From assembly GCF_009914755.1 (NCBI RefSeq), contig NC_060925.1: a stretch of 64,000 bases of DNA; one strand, 5' to 3'. How positions within the stretch are numbered: the stretch's first letter is position 1; each line of letters starts with the position of its first letter. Positions 59,553 to 64,000 of the stretch are shown here, piece after piece. Origin of the DNA: the human T2T-CHM13v2.0 reference genome, Homo sapiens. The position numbers and the translations under genes were made by a program. The notes under the pieces are model-generated. The model saw nothing but the letters and a program-made list of their open reading frames with translations, had not been told where the DNA came from and did not search any database.

Positions 59553-59709
59553 TTTTTTTCTTTCTGAGACAGGGTCTCTCTCTGTCACCCAGACTGGAGT
59601 GCAGGAACCATGACTCACTGCAGCCTCGACCCACAGGCTCAAACAATCCTCCCACCTCAGACTGCCAATAGCTGTCAGGCACCTACAGGCAGGCGCCACC
59701 ACTCCAGTC

Positions 59710-59744
<35 letters not shown>

Positions 59745-59861
59745 TATACATGGGGCTTTGCTAGTTGCCCAGGCTGGTCTGGAACTCCAGCGCTCCAGGG
59801 ATGCTTCCACCTCCATCTCCCAAAGTGGTGGGATTGCAGGTGTGAGCCACTGTGCCCAGCC
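59553..59861 (-). mobile_element. AluJ with expanded central homopolymer
   Basis: Diverged dimer; T31 at 59713-59743; TSD-like ATTGTTyAAAT. Confidence 0.92.
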
Positions 59862-60253
59862 ATTGTTTAAATTTTCTGCAGCTCAACTTGTTTTGTCTTC
59901 TTCCTGATTTTTTTTCAAAATAAATGCCTATATTTATGTAAAATCAATGATTTTATTTTTGTGATGAAATAAATTATATACACATCAAAGAGGCTTTACT
60001 GATATCTGAAGAAAGCTTTGCAAGATAGATCCTTACTGAGAGAACTCAAATTCATCTATCTTCCTACATGTTTCTACCATGTTAGAAACTAGTTTATAGG
60101 ACAGCCTCAGATTAAAAAGAGTAAATGTATTTGAATCCATTCAAATAGATTCAACCCACTTTGCTTCTGCCCCACCATAAAGTTTATTTACAACACAACA
60201 GATAATTTCTTTAAAATTCAAGATAATGTGTATATGTGAATTTTATATAATGA

Positions 60254-60733
<480 letters not shown>

Positions 60734-60739
60734 AAAATT

Positions 60740-61286
60740 TTTCAATGGCTTCCCATTTCACACAGTGTTAGATATAGCAATATATGCTTTGATCTGGACT
60801 AACTCTCAGATTCCACTTCCTGTCCTAACACACCAATATTACTGCAAAATATCCAGTGATCTTCTTGCTATACTTGGACTACACCAACCCACTTTTGCCC
60901 CAGACCCTTGTCATTTCCACCCTCACTTTCTTCAGGTGCCTGTTCAAATGTGTCACCTTACAAGAAAGACCTTAACTAGCTAATATTCAATAGCATTAAT
61001 CCCATATTCCATGTCCACACACACTTATCTGTCTTTGGACTACTTATCATCACCTGATATTATTAAATTTTTTGTTACTTTCTGCCCCTTTGTTTCTGCA
61101 AAACAGTCTTTGACCCTATGGAATTCAAACATAATTTTGAACAAGATTACAAAGAATTCAAATTACATTTGAACTCTGTAGGGTCAAAGACTATTTTTGG
61201 TCACTACTCTATACACAATGCCTAGAACTAGAACTGCACCAACATGTAGTTTAGGCTCAATGTATTTCTGCAATTGAAGTAAATGG
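60740..61286 (+). mobile_element. L2 3' fragment containing a local inverted duplication
   Basis: ttcaatggcttcccatt..; ttcaaatgtgtcacct; 3' end ggtcact..atgcctagaac..ggctcaatgta. Confidence 0.75.
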
Positions 61287-61721
61287 GATAAAATTTGCTT
61301 ATCTCAAAGTAGCACAACTGTTTATCATTTATAATATTGTCCTCCAGTGTATTATCATCCTAAGCACTGTGTATACAAATCAAAGTGATTTTATTAAGAG
61401 AGTTAAAATGATTTAAATGATCATTTCACTCCAAATTGTATGTAACTTTCAATTAGAAAGTTTAATCTTATTTAGATGAGAGGGACAGAGATACTTATTT
61501 ATGCAACTTGATATCCTCTTAAGCTTTATTCAAAAAATATTTAAACAAATATACAAGATATTAAAATTAATGGTTATTCTGCTAGATATAGTGTTGAAAG
61601 CAATTAAGATATTTTTATGAATTGCTTTTAAATCTACCCATGAACAATTATTTTGACCCCTCAACTTTTATATACAGCTGTATATAGATTTTATGTTCTT
61701 AAAATCTGATTTTAAAAGTAG

Positions 61722-61967
<246 letters not shown>

Positions 61968-62275
61968 TGATATAATAGTATAAACTCAGAGACACACATA
62001 ATCCTATCCCTACAAATGATGAAAACCAGCCACACAAGTCCAGAAATACTTAATGATTGTGTCCTTAGATACTACTCTGAGATCAGGGTTGGGGTTCAAA
62101 AAACCCAGCTCCTTTAAATATCACTTGTATGCTAAGGTATAGTTTTTAAAAATTAATATAGTGCTAGTGTGGTTGTGCCCAATGGCTTATAACCTCAGCT
62201 CCACTGTGCCAGCCCCTCTCACTATGTAAATAGATCATTGCAGTCACACATAGTAGTGAAGGCCTCTGTTTCCTC

Positions 62276-62588
62276 TGCTATGGTGTGAGTGTTGGTGTCC
62301 CACCAATTTCATATGTTGAAATGTAATCCCCAATGCGATTGTATTAAGAGGTGGGGCCTTTAGGAGTGCTCTCCCCTCTTCAGTGGAATTTGTGATCTAT
62401 AAAAGAGGTGAAAGGAAGCTGTTTGCCCTTTCTATCCCTCCTGCTATGTGAGGACTTTGGAGAAAGAACCATCTAGGAGGAATTGGCACTCACCACACAC
62501 TGAATCTTCAGGAACTTGGTGTTTTGATCTGGGTTTCCCTGCCTACAAAACTGTGAGATATAAGTTTCTATTGTTTATAAATAGTCCT
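62276..62588 (+). mobile_element. MLT1A/MST-type LTR fragment
   Basis: tgctatgg..ttcatatgttgaaa..aatccccaatg..gtattaagaggtggggccttt. Confidence 0.8.
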
Positions 62589-62614
62589 TTCTATAACACC
62601 ACTATTTATAATAT

Positions 62615-63434
62615 TGATAGGGACAGGAGGCAGGGAAATTCTATGCAGAAGAGGGAAGGTCCCTGGCGAGGGACCCACCCTCGAGCTGAAAAGCTTGGAA
62701 CTGTGGCTCAAAGTGAGAACTTACATCCCTCATGACTCAAATGTTGCCTTTTCTAAAACCAACATGGCCTGCCTGCCCCCAATCCTGTGTGTATAAAAAT
62801 CCCAGGCTAAACTGGCAGAGACAGAAGTAGCCAGACATCAGAGACTATGGTTGGATATTGGAGAGAAGTGGCTTAACTTCAGACGGACAGGTTGACAGTG
62901 TAACTTCAGAGAAGAATCCAGCCAGAGACAGCCAGATTTCAAGGGAAGGTTATCTTCTGGCTCTATCCGCTTTCCAGCTCCCCTTCCCACTGAGAGCCAC
63001 TTCCATTAGTGATAAAATCCTCCACATTTACCATCCTCCAATTTGTTTGTGTGACCTCATTTCTCCTGGACACCGGACAAGAGCTTGGGTGCCATGAGTG
63101 CAGATGCAAACGGCTGTCACACTGACCCTTTACCCTAACTGGCGGAAGGCAGCTGCCTCACATGAAAAGGCAGAGGGCCCACTGAGTTGTCAACACTCAA
63201 GCTGCCCATGGATGGTTGAGCTAAAACAGCACTGTAACATTTCCTCTGGGGCTTCAAAGGTCACAGGCACCACACCCTAGATGCTGCCACAGGGCTGGTA
63301 TGGAGTTCACTCCTGCCGGTGCCCAAAAGCACTTGCCTGGCTCCTTTACCTACTCGCTGGAGAGGCCAGCTGACTCCCGAGCTCCTGTACTCCAGTTCCC
63401 GCCCACAAAGGGGTCAGGGAAATACCCTGTTTCA
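62615..63434 (+). mobile_element. MER50-like solo LTR (ERV1)
   Basis: Starts TGATAGGGACAGGAGGCAGGGAAATTCT; ends ...CCTGTTTCA; TATAAAA at ~62793. Confidence 0.85.
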
Positions 63435-63974
63435 TTATCACTGTTCATTTATTTTTATTTTTATTTATTATAATACTGTTTATAATACCAGTGTTAATCC
63501 AGAAGTATACAGAGTAGTAGTGCTTTTGTTGCCCCACAAATAAATCATTAAACCATTCCCTAGGAAAATGTTTTCCTAATTGCTTTACATTTGCACAACT
63601 GGTAAGAAATCCATTCCAGGTCCAGGTAAATTGCCGGTGTTTGGTCTATAAAGAGAAAATGCATTTCTCCAGTTGCCTAGTTATATCATTATGAAAATAT
63701 AATCCAGAAGAGATGTAAACACAGATGTATCTTTTAAAAAAAACAGCTACTACTATTTGATGTCTTAATTCAAATATTGCTAACATTAACACTAACACTT
63801 GGCTTAAAATAGCATATAGGAATGAAGATTAAAGATAAGATCTAGTCTATTAGTGTAGAGACTAAAATAAGTTGAAAGTGTCTGGAGATCTTATGTAACA
63901 AAACTATTCTAATTATTAAAATACTGGGTATAAAGAAGAAAAAACAAAATTGTCTATCTGGCTCCTTTCAAATA

Positions 63975-64000
63975 CAGTTGACCCCTGATACACAGGTTAG
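63975..64000 (+). mobile_element. Start of a Tigger2-type (TcMar) element running off the window
   Basis: TA|CAGTTGACCC terminal-inverted-repeat-like start. Confidence 0.55.

Overview
AT-rich primate genomic DNA, almost certainly human: it carries an L1HS-Ta element and an AluYa5-type insertion. It reads as intergenic or deep-intronic sequence. I recognise no host protein-coding gene, RNA gene or CpG-island promoter. The only long ORF is an uninterrupted 1275-aa L1 ORF2 (37152..33325, minus strand) in a 5'-truncated L1HS with Ta-0 diagnostics. The rest is a mosaic of transposable elements: a decayed class III (ERV-L-type) gag/pol interrupted by two solo LTRs, a full-length MaLR (MSTA-like) provirus with a young Alu at its LTR/internal junction, many solo LTRs, Alus, old L1M, L2, MIR and DNA transposons. 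The structures these annotations do not explain are: (i) a ~300-bp inverted repeat pair (9098-9405 / 11065-11368) that I cannot assign to a repeat family, one arm fused to a broken MLT1E; (ii) a ~98-nt L2-derived fold-back hairpin (61100-61197); (iii) a MADE1 with an internal duplication; (iv) a 28-bp micro-inversion in one MSTA LTR; (v) several small templated duplications. I found no convincing novel multi-gene system. Repeat subfamily names come from my recall of consensus sequences and need RepeatMasker/Dfam confirmation. Boundaries of old elements are approximate.
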